Source: an uncultured Nioella sp. (GTDB taxonomy: Bacteria > Pseudomonadota > Alphaproteobacteria > Rhodobacterales > Rhodobacteraceae). From it: DNA of 49,323 nt. A program made the translations under genes and the position numbers. Location of the stretch: positions 1 through 49,323 of the forward strand of contig CAXBGQ010000001.1 of assembly GCA_963975135.1 (NCBI GenBank), given 5' to 3'. The notes beneath the pieces were generated by a model that worked only from the letters and a program-made list of their open reading frames with translations, searched no databases and was not told the origin of the DNA. Positions 7,977 through 18,868 of the stretch are shown here, piece after piece. Position 1 is the stretch's first letter. The number at the start of each line of letters is the position of its first letter.

Positions 7977-8835
7977 GGGCGGCGCGTTCGCGCCAGAAGG
8001 TAAAGAGCCCCGCCGCCACGATGATCGCGGCCCCGATCAGGACCGGCGTTTCGATCACTTCGCCAAAGATGGCGACGGCCAGGATCGAGACAAAGATCAG
8101 CTGGAAATAGGCAAAGGGCTGCACCGCGCTGGCCTCGGCCACCTCATAGGTGCGGATCAGCAGGTAATGGCCCGATACGCCGGTCACGCAGAGCACCGCC
8201 ATCCAGCCCCAGGCATAGGCGGTCATCGGCTCCCAGAACCAGATGCCGATGGCGGTGGCGGCGATGGCCCCGACGGTGCCGGTCCAGAAGAAGCTGGTCA
8301 TCGCGCTGTCCTGGCGGGCGGCGTAGCGCGTCAGCAGCCCGTAAAGCGCGAACATAGCAGCCGCCAGCAGCGGAATGAGGGCTGCGGGGGTAAAGACACC
8401 AAGCCCCGGGCGCAGGATGATCAGGATGCCCACCAGACCCACCCCGATCGCGGCCCACCGCCGCCAGCCGACCCGCTCGCCCAGAACCGGGCCGGACAGC
8501 GCCGCGATGATCAGCGGAAAGCTGGCAAAGATGGCATGGGTCTCGACCAGGCCCAGAACGACAAAGGCCACGACCGTGACCATGATCTCCAACACCAGCA
8601 GAACCGCGCGGAACGATTGCAGAAACCACTGGCGGCTGGCCATCGCGAACCGCAACCCGCCGGGTTTGCGCGCCACCAGCGCGATCACGAAGGCGGCAAA
8701 GAACCAGTAACGGATCATCACCACCATGTAGACGTTGTATTCCGCCGCCAGATAGCGCGAGATCACGTCCTGCGAGGCAAAGACCGCCGTGGTGGCGATC
8801 ATCAGGAGAATGCCCAAACCGGTGTTATTGCCCAT
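7933..8835 (-). CDS. DMT/EamA family transporter
   Basis: About 10 hydrophobic segments; LGERVGWRRW and ASAVQPFAYFQL motifs. Confidence 0.88.
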   Translation of the reverse strand: MGNNTGLGILLMIATTAVFASQDVISRYLAAEYNVYMVVMIRYWFFAAFVIALVARKPGGLRFAMASRQWFLQSFRAVLLVLEIMVTVVAFVVLGLVETHAIFASFPLIIAALSGPVLGERVGWRRWAAIGVGLVGILIILRPGLGVFTPAALIPLLAAAMFALYGLLTRYAARQDSAMTSFFWTGTVGAIAATAIGIWFWEPMTAYAWGWMAVLCVTGVSGHYLLIRTYEVAEASAVQPFAYFQLIFVSILAVAIFGEVIETPVLIGAAIIVAAGLFTFWRERAALRACRVHSPSRNTL

Positions 8836-9508
8836 CGCGCAATCTGCCCACGCTCATATGCCTCTTGCGGCCATAGCCCGGCTGCCGGCTCACGTCGAAC
8901 CCGGCAGCGACCAGCGCGCGTCGCACATGGCCCGCCGCCGTGTAGGTGGCGAAGCTGCCGCCGGGCTTTGTGTGACGGGCCACCTCGGCCATCAGGTCGG
9001 GCTGCCACAGTTCCGGGTTCCGGGCGGGCGAGAACCCGTCGAGGAACCAGGCATCGGCGCGGCCTTGCCATCCCGGCAGGGTTTGGCGGGCGTCGCCCGT
9101 GACAATCCGCAACTCAAGATCGGGGCGGATGAGCGGCGTGGCCGGGTCGCTCAGCGCGGCGGCGACATCGCCTCCAAAGGGCGCGGTTTCGGGAAAGGCC
9201 GCGAGCGCGCGCAGGGCATCGGCGGGGGGCATCGGGAAGGCCTCGAAACTGGTGAAACGCAGGGGGCCGGTGACGCCCGATGCGCGCCACGCCGACCATG
9301 CTGCGGTGAGGTTGAGCCCGGTGCCGAAGCCCAGTTCGGCGATTTGAAATCCGGGGGCGAAGCGCGTCGGAAGGTCGTTGCCCGCCAGAAAAACATGGCG
9401 CGTTTCCAGAAGCCCGTTTTCCAGCGAATAATAGGGATCGTCGAAGCGTTCCGAGACCGGCACGCCGCCGCTTTGCCATAATACCCTGTCCGTCTGGTCG
9501 TGCTGCAT
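8825..9508 (-). CDS. mnmD: tRNA (mnm5s2U34)-methyltransferase MnmD
   Basis: SERFDDPYYS, ELGFGTGLN, DAWFLDGFSPARNPELW, TYTAAG.VRR, GRKRHM. Start set at MQHDQ. Confidence 0.92.
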   Translation of the reverse strand: MQHDQTDRVLWQSGGVPVSERFDDPYYSLENGLLETRHVFLAGNDLPTRFAPGFQIAELGFGTGLNLTAAWSAWRASGVTGPLRFTSFEAFPMPPADALRALAAFPETAPFGGDVAAALSDPATPLIRPDLELRIVTGDARQTLPGWQGRADAWFLDGFSPARNPELWQPDLMAEVARHTKPGGSFATYTAAGHVRRALVAAGFDVSRQPGYGRKRHMSVGRLRDGQ

Positions 9509-9554
9509 CCTCTGCCCTATGAAGGGTTTGGACGGATGCGGCAAGTGGGGCGAC

Positions 9555-10595
9555 ATGGTGGACATCACGATCAGGGGGGCGGGGATTTTCGGCCTGTCGG
9601 TGGCCTGGGCCTGCGTGGCGCGCGGGGCGCAGGTGCGCGTGATCGATCCCGGCGGCGTGGCGGCGGGGGCCTCGGGCGGGTTGATGGGGGCACTGGCCCC
9701 GCATACGCCGGAACGCTGGAACGACAAGAAGGCGCTGCAATTTGCCAGTTTGGAACAGGCCGAAGTGCTGTGGGCCGAGGTGGCGGAAGCGGGTGGGCAG
9801 GATCCCGGATATGCCCGCACGGGCCGCATTCAGCCGGTGGGCGCGCTGGAACTGGCCGCTGAGCGCGCCCGCAATGCCGAGGCGCTTTGGCAGGGGCGCT
9901 ATGACTGGCGCGTGGCCCCGGTGGCCGAGTTCGCGCCCTTTGCGCCGCTGACCACCTCGGGCCTTGTGATCCACGATACGTTGAGCGCGCGGGTGCATCC
10001 GCGCCGCGCCACCCGAGCGCTGGCGGCGGCACTGAAGGAACGGGGTGTTGCGGTGGTGCCCGATGGCGATGAAAAAGGCGCGGTGATCCATGCCACTGGC
10101 CATGCCGGGCTGGCGGCGCTGTCGCAACAGATGGGCGCGCCGGTGGGGGCGGCGATCAAGGGGCAGGCGGCGCTTTTGGATTTTGACGCGCGCGACTGCC
10201 CGCAGATCTTTGTCGATGGCCTGCATGTGGTGCCGCATGGCGATGGCACAACGGCGGTGGGATCGACCACCGAGCGTGAATTTGACAACCCCGCGCGCTG
10301 TGACGGGGCGATGGACGATATTCTGGGCCGCATCGTGCGGCTTGTTCCGGTGCTGCGCGATGTCACGGTTTTGGAGCGTTGGGCCGGGTTGCGCCCGCGC
10401 GCCCGGTCGCGCGCCCCGATGCTGGGGGCCTATCCGGGGCGGGCGGGGCATTTCATTGCCAATGGCGGCTTCAAGATCGGCTTTGGCATGGCCCCGGTGG
10501 TGGCCGATATGATGGCCGATCTGGTGCTGGAGGGGCGCGACGAGATCCCCGAGAGCTTTCGCGTGGCCGCATCGCTGCCGAAACCACGTAGTTAG
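9555..10595 (+). CDS. FAD-dependent oxidoreductase (DAO/glycine oxidase family)
   Basis: GAGIFG dinucleotide motif, GASGG, WAGLRPR, GGFKIGFGMAP. Confidence 0.85.
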   Translation: MVDITIRGAGIFGLSVAWACVARGAQVRVIDPGGVAAGASGGLMGALAPHTPERWNDKKALQFASLEQAEVLWAEVAEAGGQDPGYARTGRIQPVGALELAAERARNAEALWQGRYDWRVAPVAEFAPFAPLTTSGLVIHDTLSARVHPRRATRALAAALKERGVAVVPDGDEKGAVIHATGHAGLAALSQQMGAPVGAAIKGQAALLDFDARDCPQIFVDGLHVVPHGDGTTAVGSTTEREFDNPARCDGAMDDILGRIVRLVPVLRDVTVLERWAGLRPRARSRAPMLGAYPGRAGHFIANGGFKIGFGMAPVVADMMADLVLEGRDEIPESFRVAASLPKPRS

Positions 10596-11137
10596 GCGCG
10601 CAACCCGGCCTCGGCGCGCAGGGCGGCCATCAGTTCCGTCAGCGTGGCGAGGTAGCGGTCATTGGTGAGCCGCCCATCGGCATCGAATTGCGCCGCGGCG
10701 GAGCCCACCAGAAGCTCCGGCCCGACCAGCAGCCGGGGGCGAAACGGATTGAGCGCCAGCCGCATGATCCATTGCGCCCGTTCGCCGCCCGCGCGCCCGG
10801 CGGTGGCCGACATTAGCGCCACGGGCTTGTCGCGCCATGGGTTCGGCTTGGTGCGGCTGACCCAGTCGAGCGCGTTTTTCAGCACGCCCGAGATGGATTT
10901 GTTGTATTCCGGGCCGGAGATGATCACCGCATCGGCAGCGGCGATCTGTTGGACCAGAAGGCTGACCGCCTCGGGCATGCCCTCTGCCTCCAGATCGCCA
11001 TCGTAGAGCGGCAGGCGCAGATCGGCTTTCGTGAAACGGGCCGGATCAAAGAGCCGCGCGGCCTCGGCCATCAGCTTCGTGTTCAGCGAAGCCGCCCTGA
11101 GCGAGCCTGAAATTCCCAGGATGTTTCCCGTAGGCAT
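10592..11137 (-). CDS. NADPH-dependent FMN reductase
   Basis: GSLRAASLN and PEYNKSISGVLKNALDWVS motifs. Confidence 0.9.
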   Translation of the reverse strand: MPTGNILGISGSLRAASLNTKLMAEAARLFDPARFTKADLRLPLYDGDLEAEGMPEAVSLLVQQIAAADAVIISGPEYNKSISGVLKNALDWVSRTKPNPWRDKPVALMSATAGRAGGERAQWIMRLALNPFRPRLLVGPELLVGSAAAQFDADGRLTNDRYLATLTELMAALRAEAGLRA

Positions 11138-11233
11138 GCGCGTTGCACCTGTCTTGTCCGATCCAATGCCGGATACCCCGAACCGGAGCGCGGGAAAATA
11201 CGCAGCGGCGCACAGGGGCCTGTGCGGCGGGCC

Positions 11234-12607
11234 TCACCCCTCGACCATCCGAACCTCGCGCTGCGGGAAGGGGATCGAGATGCCGTTTTCCTGAAACTTG
11301 TCCCACAGCGCCAGATAGACATTGCCGCGAATATTGGTCAGCCCGCCGGTCGGGTCGCTGATCCAGAAACGCAGGATGTAATCGACGCTGCTGTCGCCGA
11401 AGCCCACGATATGGCAGACGGGCCTGCGGCTGACCAAGACGCGGTCGACCGATTTGGCGGCCTCGATCGCCAATGCGCGCACCCGGTGCGGATCGTCGCC
11501 ATAGGCGGTGCCGAAAAAGATGTCGAGCCGGACGAAATCATCGGAATGGGACCAGTTGACGACCTGATTGGTGATCAGATCCTCGTTCGGGATCAGGTAT
11601 TCGCGCCCGTCGCGGGTGACCACGCTGGCATAGCGCGCGCCGAGCGTCTTGATCCAGCCGAAGGTGTCGCCAAGCGAGATCACGTCGCCCGGCTTGATGG
11701 ATTTGTCCAGCAGGATGATGATGCCCGAGACCAGGTTCGAGACCACCTTTTGCAGACCGAAGCCCAGACCGACACCGATGGCCCCCGACAGAAAGGCAAG
11801 CCCGGTCAGATCGACGCCAATGGCCTTGAGCCCGATATAGAGCGCGGCCCCGTAGAGCCCGACCTGAAGCGCCTTGATCACCAGCACCCGCATCGAGGGC
11901 GAGATATCCTCGTTCTTCTGGACCCGCGCCGCCGTCGTGCGCGACAGGAACCGCGCCCCCACCATCAGCACCGTGACCAGCACGATGCCCTGCACGACCA
12001 GCAGCAGCGAAATCCGCACATCGCCCAGGTTGAAACCGATGCTGTGCAGGATGGCGGCGGCTTCGTCCTGAATGTTGAGAATGGTCAGTGTCACATAGGC
12101 CCAGGCCCCATACCTGAGCAGCGTGCGCATCACCGGCGAATGCACCAGCCGGGTGATGAAGGTCACGATCAGAAGCGCGGTGGCCAGTTCGGCGAAGATG
12201 CCCAGCAGATAGGACCGGCTGGGCCAGGTCACTTCGCGCATGATCATTACGGTGGGCCAGATCAGGGTGACGAAAAAGATGCCCGCCAGCCGGCGGTGAA
12301 CAACCACCAGGATCCGCATCCGCCATTTGGGCCAGCCTTCGCGCGAGGCCATCCAGGCCCGGATGCGCGGGCCAAAGAGGCGGCGCAGCAGATGGGCCGC
12401 CAGCAACAGGCCGACCGCGATGGAAAGCTGATAGGCATTCCACGGGCGCAGCAGGCCTTCCAGCAGGCCCTGCCCCTCGGCCAACAGCCGGTTGCCGATA
12501 TCGACGGCCTCCTCAAGCTGCAATCCGACCTCGGGCGCGGCCTCGGTCTCTGCGGCTTCGACCGCTGTCGCGGCGGTCAGTTCCTCGACTGTGGTTTCTT
12601 CTTCCAT
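11234..12607 (-). CDS. MscS family mechanosensitive channel
   Basis: TM segments, GAIGVGLGFGLQKVVSNLVSG, IKPGD, IPNEDLIT, FGDSSVD, IPFPQR. Confidence 0.92.
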   Translation of the reverse strand: MEEETTVEELTAATAVEAAETEAAPEVGLQLEEAVDIGNRLLAEGQGLLEGLLRPWNAYQLSIAVGLLLAAHLLRRLFGPRIRAWMASREGWPKWRMRILVVVHRRLAGIFFVTLIWPTVMIMREVTWPSRSYLLGIFAELATALLIVTFITRLVHSPVMRTLLRYGAWAYVTLTILNIQDEAAAILHSIGFNLGDVRISLLLVVQGIVLVTVLMVGARFLSRTTAARVQKNEDISPSMRVLVIKALQVGLYGAALYIGLKAIGVDLTGLAFLSGAIGVGLGFGLQKVVSNLVSGIIILLDKSIKPGDVISLGDTFGWIKTLGARYASVVTRDGREYLIPNEDLITNQVVNWSHSDDFVRLDIFFGTAYGDDPHRVRALAIEAAKSVDRVLVSRRPVCHIVGFGDSSVDYILRFWISDPTGGLTNIRGNVYLALWDKFQENGISIPFPQREVRMVEG

Positions 12608-12745
12608 TGCCCCTGCCGCATGTGTCTGGCCCCATAGTGGCGGCTTGCCCGCACCCCCGCAAGCGTGGCGTCACGGGGGCGATTGCCGGGGCGGTGCATC
12701 GGGCCCGCTTGAAGCGGGCCGGGCTTGGGTGTATCTGCCGGGGCG

Positions 12746-12841
12746 ATGAAACGGATTTTCGACATGGATGACCGGACCCGCCTGCCCTGGCGGTTTCACG
12801 GTCAATGCGCGGCGGGATTGATCGGCGGCCTATCCGGCTGA
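12746..12841 (+). CDS. Putative leu leader peptide [31 protein letters not shown] (31 aa)
   Basis: ATG 8 nt after a TTGAAG-N17-TATCTG promoter-like sequence. Leu codons CTG, TTG, CTA. Ends 50 nt before leuC. Confidence 0.55.
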   Translation: MKRIFDMDDRTRLPWRFHGQCAAGLIGGLSG

Positions 12842-12891
12842 GCTTTCTTCCGCAGCAGCATATCCCTACACCCGAACGAAAGAACCCTCCG

Positions 12892-14295
12892 ATGACCGGC
12901 AAGACACTTTACGACAAGATCTGGGACGCGCATCTGGCGCATGAGGCCGAGGACGGCACCTGCCTGCTCTATATCGACCGCCATCTGGTGCATGAAGTGA
13001 CCAGCCCGCAGGCGTTTGAGGGGCTGCGTATGGCCGGGCGCGGCGTGCGCGCACCCGACAAGACCATCGCGGTGCCGGATCACAACGTGCCCACCACGCT
13101 GGACCGGGTGAACGGCATCACCAACCCCGAAAGCCGCATCCAGGTCGAGGCGCTTGATAAAAACGCGCGCGATTTCGGCATCCACTATTACCCGGTCAGC
13201 GATGTGCGCCAGGGGATCGTGCATATTGTCGGCCCCGAACAGGGCTGGACCCTGCCGGGCATGACCGTGGTCTGCGGCGACAGCCACACCGCCACGCATG
13301 GCGCGTTCGGCGCGCTGGCCCATGGCATCGGCACCTCCGAGGTGGAGCATGTTCTGGCCACCCAGACGCTGATCCAGAAGAAATCGAAGAACATGAAAGT
13401 CGAGATCACCGGCAAGCTCAAACCCGGTGTGACCGCCAAGGACATCACCCTCAGCGTGATCGGGGCCACCGGCACGGCGGGCGGCACCGGCTATGTGATC
13501 GAGTATTGTGGCGAGGCCATTCGCGACCTCAGCATGGAAGGCCGCATGACGGTGTGCAACATGGCCATCGAGGGCGGTGCGCGTGCGGGGCTGATTGCGC
13601 CCGATCAGACCACCTATGACTATGTGCAGGGCCGCCCGCATGCGCCCAAGGGCGCGCAATGGGAGGCGGCGCTGAACTGGTGGAAAACGCTTTATTCCGA
13701 CGATGACGCGCAATGGGATCTGGTGCTGACGCTGAAGGGCGAGAATATCGCGCCGGTGGTGACATGGGGCACTTCGCCCGAGGATGTTCTGCCGATCACG
13801 GCCAGGGTGCCGGACCCGTCCGATTTCGAAGGCGGCAAGGTCGATGCGGTCAAGCGGTCGCTGGATTATATGGGGCTGGTGCCGGGCACGCCGTTGAACG
13901 AGGTTGCCATCGACACGGTCTTTATCGGCTCCTGCACCAATGGCCGGATCGAGGATCTGCGCGCCGCCGCAGAGATCCTGAAGGGCAAGAAGATCAAGGA
14001 CGGGCTGCGCGCCATGGTGGTGCCGGGATCGGGGCTGGTTCGGGCGCAGGCCGAGGAAGAGGGGCTGGCCGATATCTTTATCGCGGCGGGCTTTGAATGG
14101 CGGCTGGCGGGCTGTTCCATGTGTCTTGCGATGAACCCCGATCAACTGTCTCCCGGCGAACGCTGCGCGGCCACGTCGAACCGCAATTTCGAGGGCCGTC
14201 AGGGCCGTGGCGGGCGCACCCATCTGCTGTCGCCCGCGATGGCGGCGGCGGCGGCGATCACCGGGCATCTGACGGATATCCGCGAGGTGATGTGA
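12892..14295 (+). CDS. leuC: 3-isopropylmalate dehydratase large subunit
   Basis: [57 protein letters not shown]. Confidence 0.97.
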   Translation: MTGKTLYDKIWDAHLAHEAEDGTCLLYIDRHLVHEVTSPQAFEGLRMAGRGVRAPDKTIAVPDHNVPTTLDRVNGITNPESRIQVEALDKNARDFGIHYYPVSDVRQGIVHIVGPEQGWTLPGMTVVCGDSHTATHGAFGALAHGIGTSEVEHVLATQTLIQKKSKNMKVEITGKLKPGVTAKDITLSVIGATGTAGGTGYVIEYCGEAIRDLSMEGRMTVCNMAIEGGARAGLIAPDQTTYDYVQGRPHAPKGAQWEAALNWWKTLYSDDDAQWDLVLTLKGENIAPVVTWGTSPEDVLPITARVPDPSDFEGGKVDAVKRSLDYMGLVPGTPLNEVAIDTVFIGSCTNGRIEDLRAAAEILKGKKIKDGLRAMVVPGSGLVRAQAEEEGLADIFIAAGFEWRLAGCSMCLAMNPDQLSPGERCAATSNRNFEGRQGRGGRTHLLSPAMAAAAAITGHLTDIREVM

Positions 14296-14324
14296 GGGCG
14301 GCCTTGCAGTCGCAATTTGTGCCG

Positions 14325-14358
14325 AAGGGCGCGGAGGACAATATCCGCGCCCTTTTTT
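14325..14358 (+). terminator. Rho-independent terminator of leuC
   Basis: AAGGGCGCGGA-ggacaata-TCCGCGCCCTT followed by TTTT. Confidence 0.85.
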
Positions 14359-14491
14359 GGCGAAAAACAGCCAGATCAAGCGCTTATACCAGCCCGGATC
14401 GCGAATGTGTGAACCGGACCCATTTGCGAAGCCAAAATTCTTCTGCTAGAACATTCACACAATAATAAGCAGTTTCTGGCAGGTATCTTCT

Positions 14492-14971
14492 ATGACCTCT
14501 CTTGCACGCTCCGCCTGGCGCGAGGTGATTTCGCCCCTTTTCCGCCGCCCTTCGGTGGTCCAACTGGCTGCGCTTTGCTACCGCACCGGCCCTGATGGGC
14601 TGGAGGTCATGTTGGTGCGAAGTTCGCGCGGGCGCTGGATTTTGCCCAAAGGCTGGCCGATTGACGGGTTGAGCGGGGCCGAAACCGCGATGCAGGAAGC
14701 GTGGGAGGAAGGCGGCGTCAGCGATGGAAAGGCCGCCAAACGCGCGCTTGGGTTCTTTGACACGGTGAAGCGGCTGGATAGCGGCACCGAAATGCCGTGC
14801 GAAACCCATGTCTACGCCGTCACGGTGCGCGAAACACGGCCTGAATTCCCCGAATCCGACAACCGCGACCCGACCTGGATGTCGGTGGCCGATGCCGCGA
14901 ATTTGGTCGGGGAACGCGGTCTGAAAGACATCCTGACCGAATTTGGAGCGTCTCACGGCAAGAAACGTTGA
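14492..14971 (+). CDS. NUDIX hydrolase (DIPP-like)
   Basis: RWILPKGW followed by Nudix box G...AETAMQEAWEEGGV. Confidence 0.85.
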   Translation: MTSLARSAWREVISPLFRRPSVVQLAALCYRTGPDGLEVMLVRSSRGRWILPKGWPIDGLSGAETAMQEAWEEGGVSDGKAAKRALGFFDTVKRLDSGTEMPCETHVYAVTVRETRPEFPESDNRDPTWMSVADAANLVGERGLKDILTEFGASHGKKR

Positions 14972-15066
14972 TCTTGAGGCCTTACGCGACTAGGCCCATG
15001 CGGAACTGAGTCAACTGGATGACCGGCGTTGGCGGCCCTGGCCCCGGCGCGGGCGCGGGAAACCCG

Positions 15067-16542
15067 ATGTCGCAAAACACACCGAATAACCAATGGCGCA
15101 CTCTGGACAAGGATCTGGGGCGCATCAGCCAGCTTGAATATGCCGCGCAATATGTCTCGCGGCCCATGGTCGGGCTGGGCATCGCGCTGGCCTTTGTGGT
15201 TGTGGTCGGTGTCGGGGTTGCCGTTTTGCTGGGCACGCCGCCGCCATCGCCCGTTATCGTCGCCGCTGCCGTTCTGGGTGCCTATATGGCAATCAATATC
15301 GGGGCCAATGACGTTGCCAACAATATGGGCCCCGCGGTTGGTGCCAATGCGCTGACTATGGGGGGCGCGATCCTGATTGCGGCGTTTTTCGAAAGCGCCG
15401 GGGCCCTGCTGGCAGGCGGCGATGTCGTCTCGACCATTTCCAAGGGCATCATCGACCCCGACAGCGTGGCCGACAGCCAGGTGTTCATCTGGGCGATGAT
15501 GGCGGCGCTGATGTCCTCGGCGCTGTGGGTGAACCTGGCCACCTGGATCGGTGCGCCGGTCTCGACCACCCATGCCGTTGTCGGCGGCGTGATGGGCGCG
15601 GGTATCGCGGCGGCGGGGTTTGCCGCCGTCAACTGGCCCACGATGGGGGCGATTGCCGCCTCCTGGGTGATTTCGCCGGTTCTGGGCGGTGTTATCGCGG
15701 CGCTGTTTCTGGCCTTTATCAAGGCGCAGATCATCTATCAGGATGACAAGATCGCCGCCGCGCGCCGCTGGGTGCCGGTGCTGATCGGGCTTATGGCCGG
15801 GGTCTTTGCCACCTATCTGGCGATGAAGGGGCTGAAACGGATCGTCTCCATCGATCTGGGCACCGCGCTTTTGATCGGGCTTGTGGTCGGGGCCGTCACC
15901 TATGGCATTGCCGCTCCAATGATCCGGCGGCAGTCGGAAGGCATGGAAAACCGCAACCGGTCGCTCAAGAAGCTCTTTGCCGTGCCGCTGGTGTTCTCGG
16001 CGGCTCTGTTGTCTTTCGCGCATGGGGCCAATGACGTGGCCAATGCGGTGGGGCCGCTGGCTGCCATCGTGCATACCGACCAGTTCGGCGAATTTGCCGG
16101 CCAGGTCACCATCCCCACCTGGGTGATGATCATCGGGGCCTTTGGCATTTCCTTCGGGCTGGTTCTGTTTGGCCCCAAGCTGATCCGAATGGTCGGCAGC
16201 CAGATCACCAAACTGAACCCGATGCGGGCCTATTGCGTGGCGCTCTCTGCTGCGATCACCGTGATCATCGCCAGTTGGCTGGGCCTGCCGGTATCCTCGA
16301 CCCATATCGCGGTAGGGGCCGTCTTCGGGGTCGGGTTTTTCCGCGAATGGCATGCCGAGCGGCGCAGCCAGCGGTTGGGGCTCAGCACCGGCAAACGCAT
16401 CGCGGTCGAGGAACGGCGCCGCCGCAAGCTGGTGCGCCGGTCGCATTTCCTGACCATCATCGCGGCCTGGGTCATTACCGTGCCCGCCGCCGCCACGATG
16501 TCGGCGCTGCTGTTTCTGGGGCTATCCGCGTTTTTCGTCTGA
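15067..16542 (+). CDS. Inorganic phosphate transporter (PiT family)
   Basis: Two GANDVANxxG signatures plus PVSTTH and PVSSTH. Confidence 0.93.
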   Translation: MSQNTPNNQWRTLDKDLGRISQLEYAAQYVSRPMVGLGIALAFVVVVGVGVAVLLGTPPPSPVIVAAAVLGAYMAINIGANDVANNMGPAVGANALTMGGAILIAAFFESAGALLAGGDVVSTISKGIIDPDSVADSQVFIWAMMAALMSSALWVNLATWIGAPVSTTHAVVGGVMGAGIAAAGFAAVNWPTMGAIAASWVISPVLGGVIAALFLAFIKAQIIYQDDKIAAARRWVPVLIGLMAGVFATYLAMKGLKRIVSIDLGTALLIGLVVGAVTYGIAAPMIRRQSEGMENRNRSLKKLFAVPLVFSAALLSFAHGANDVANAVGPLAAIVHTDQFGEFAGQVTIPTWVMIIGAFGISFGLVLFGPKLIRMVGSQITKLNPMRAYCVALSAAITVIIASWLGLPVSSTHIAVGAVFGVGFFREWHAERRSQRLGLSTGKRIAVEERRRRKLVRRSHFLTIIAAWVITVPAAATMSALLFLGLSAFFV

Positions 16543-18084
16543 GATCCGCAGCATCCGCCGCAGGATCTTGCCCGAGGCCGATTTCGGCACCGCATCGACA
16601 AAGACCACATCGGCCAGATGCTTGTAATGGGCAAGCTGCCCGGCCAGATGCGCCTTGACGGCTTCGGCTGACATATCGGATCCCGGCGCGCGCTGGATAT
16701 AGGCCACCGGCACTTCGCCGGCTTCCGGATCGGCGCGGCCAATGACGCCCGCATCTGCGATCTCGACGTGGTCGAGCAACACGCCTTCAAGCTCGGCCGG
16801 GGCGACCTGAAACCCTTTGACCTTGATCAGCTCCTTCAGCCGGTCGCGGATATAAAGGTAGTCATCGGCGTCGATACATCCGATATCGCCGGTGCGCAGC
16901 CAGCCATCCTCGACGATATTCTCCGCCGTGGCCCTGGGGTTGTTCAGGTAGCCTTTCATCACCTGCGGGCCCTTGACCCACAGCTCGCCCTCCTCATCGA
17001 CGCCCATATCCTTGCCGGTCGCGGGATCGACAATCCGACAGGATGTGCCGGCAAGCGTGCGCCCGACCGCGCCCGCGCGCCCGCCATCGGCGGCCATGAC
17101 ATGGCTGCCGGGGCTCAGTTCGGTCATGCCATAGGCCTGCGTCACGGCGCATCCCAGACGCGCCTGCACCGCGGCACCCAGCTCCGGCCCCATCGGGGCG
17201 GCGGCGGAATTGACCTGAATGACCGAGGAAAGGTCGAACTCGTCGACCATCGGATGCTTGGCCAGCGCGATGGCGACCGGCGGCACGATCCAAAGGCGTT
17301 CGGCCCGGTGATCCTGGGTCAGGCGCAGGAACAGTTCCAGATCAAAGCGCGGCAGGGTGGCGATTGCGGCCCCGGCGGAAAGATAGACATTCACCATCAC
17401 CTGAAGGCCGTAAATGTGGAAAAACGGCAGGAAGGCAGGCGTGACCTCGCCGGCGCTGATCCCGACCACGCCCAGAAACTGATCGACATTCACCACCAGA
17501 TTGCGGTGGCTCAGCATCACGCCCTTGGGCAGGCCGGTGGTGCCCGAGGAATAGGGCAGCACGGCGATGTGATCGTCCAGATCGACCGGCACCTGCGCGG
17601 TCAGCGGCGCGCCCATCAGGCTGACCAGCGGCACCGCCCCCTCGGCCTCACCAATCACCACGATTTCCTCGACCGCGGTGCCGGTCAGGGCCTCCTGGGC
17701 GACAGGCAGAAAGTCGGGGATGGTGATCAAGAGATGCGCGCCCGCATCCTGCAACTGGTGGCGCACTTCACCCGCGGTATAGGTCGGGTTGATGGTGGTG
17801 ACCGTGGCCCCGGCATAGACGATGCCGTGAAAGCAGCTGACGAATTCGGGAATGTTGGGGGCCATCAGGCCGATAACCGTGCCCGGCCCGATGCCGCGCG
17901 CCGCCAGCCCGCCGGCAAGGCTCTGGATCGCGGCCACCAGATCGGTGCCGGTGACCCTGCGCCCGGTGGGCCCGTCGATCAGCGCGGTGGCCTCGGGGCG
18001 GATCGCCAGCCCCTCCAACACACGTTCGGTGATTGTCTGATCGCGCAGGGCGATATCGCCAAAGGGACTGGTGAATATGGTCAT
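16522..18084 (-). CDS. AMP-binding acyl-CoA ligase (4-coumarate-CoA ligase-like)
   Basis: [41 protein letters not shown]. Confidence 0.9.
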   Translation of the reverse strand: MTIFTSPFGDIALRDQTITERVLEGLAIRPEATALIDGPTGRRVTGTDLVAAIQSLAGGLAARGIGPGTVIGLMAPNIPEFVSCFHGIVYAGATVTTINPTYTAGEVRHQLQDAGAHLLITIPDFLPVAQEALTGTAVEEIVVIGEAEGAVPLVSLMGAPLTAQVPVDLDDHIAVLPYSSGTTGLPKGVMLSHRNLVVNVDQFLGVVGISAGEVTPAFLPFFHIYGLQVMVNVYLSAGAAIATLPRFDLELFLRLTQDHRAERLWIVPPVAIALAKHPMVDEFDLSSVIQVNSAAAPMGPELGAAVQARLGCAVTQAYGMTELSPGSHVMAADGGRAGAVGRTLAGTSCRIVDPATGKDMGVDEEGELWVKGPQVMKGYLNNPRATAENIVEDGWLRTGDIGCIDADDYLYIRDRLKELIKVKGFQVAPAELEGVLLDHVEIADAGVIGRADPEAGEVPVAYIQRAPGSDMSAEAVKAHLAGQLAHYKHLADVVFVDAVPKSASGKILRRMLRISDEKRG

Positions 18085-18206
18085 GGGCGCTCCTCCTCGC
18101 GACAGCCTGCCACAGGGCCTGTGTTGGCTCCAGAAAAACCCGCCACCTTGTCTTGCCCCGGAGGCTCGGCTATGTCGCCCCTGCACGCGAAGGAGACCAG
18201 AGGCCC

Positions 18207-18812
18207 ATGGATAGTTTCACCACGCTGACCGGCATTGCCGCCCCGATGCCGCAGATCAATGTCGATACCGACATGATCATCCCCAAGCAGTTCCTGAAAA
18301 CGATCAAACGCTCGGGGCTTGGCGTGAACCTGTTTGACGAGATGCGCTATGACGATGATGGCAACGAGATCGCCGATTTCGTGCTGAACAAACCGGCCTA
18401 TCGCGATGCGCGGATTCTGGTGGCGGGCGACAATTTCGGCTGCGGATCAAGCCGTGAACACGCGCCCTGGGCACTGTTGGATTTCGGCATCCGCTGCGTG
18501 ATCGCGCCGTCCTTCGCCGATATTTTCTACAACAACTGCTTCAAGAACGGCATCCTGCCCATCGTGTTGCCGCAGGATGAGGTCGACAAGCTGATGGATG
18601 ACGCCGAACGCGGGGCCAATGCGGTGGTGAGCGTCGATCTGGAAAGCCAGACCATCACCGGCCCCGATGGCGGATCCATCGCCTTCGAGGTCGACGCCTT
18701 TCGCAAGCATTGCCTGCTGAACGGGCTGGACGATATCGGCCTGACGATGGAAAAAGCGGCTGCGATCGACGCCTTTGAGGCCGCCGCTACACAGGCCCGG
18801 CCCTGGGTCTGA
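18207..18812 (+). CDS. leuD: 3-isopropylmalate dehydratase small subunit
   Basis: [37 protein letters not shown]; SD AAGGAG upstream. Confidence 0.97.
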   Translation: MDSFTTLTGIAAPMPQINVDTDMIIPKQFLKTIKRSGLGVNLFDEMRYDDDGNEIADFVLNKPAYRDARILVAGDNFGCGSSREHAPWALLDFGIRCVIAPSFADIFYNNCFKNGILPIVLPQDEVDKLMDDAERGANAVVSVDLESQTITGPDGGSIAFEVDAFRKHCLLNGLDDIGLTMEKAAAIDAFEAAATQARPWV

Positions 18813-18832
18813 TCCACAAAAAACACCATATG

Positions 18833-18868
18833 TAGCCCTCCGACCGCGCCGGGGGGCTATTTCTTTTT
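18833..18868 (+). terminator. Rho-independent terminator of leuD
   Basis: TAGCCCTCCG-accgcgc-CGGGGGGCTA followed by TTTCTTTTT. Confidence 0.7.

Noticed and set aside
14406-14461. TGTGTGAA/TTCACACA inverted repeat upstream of the NUDIX gene
   Set aside because: 8-bp arms 40 bp apart can arise by chance; no 11-bp-period Pho box is visible.
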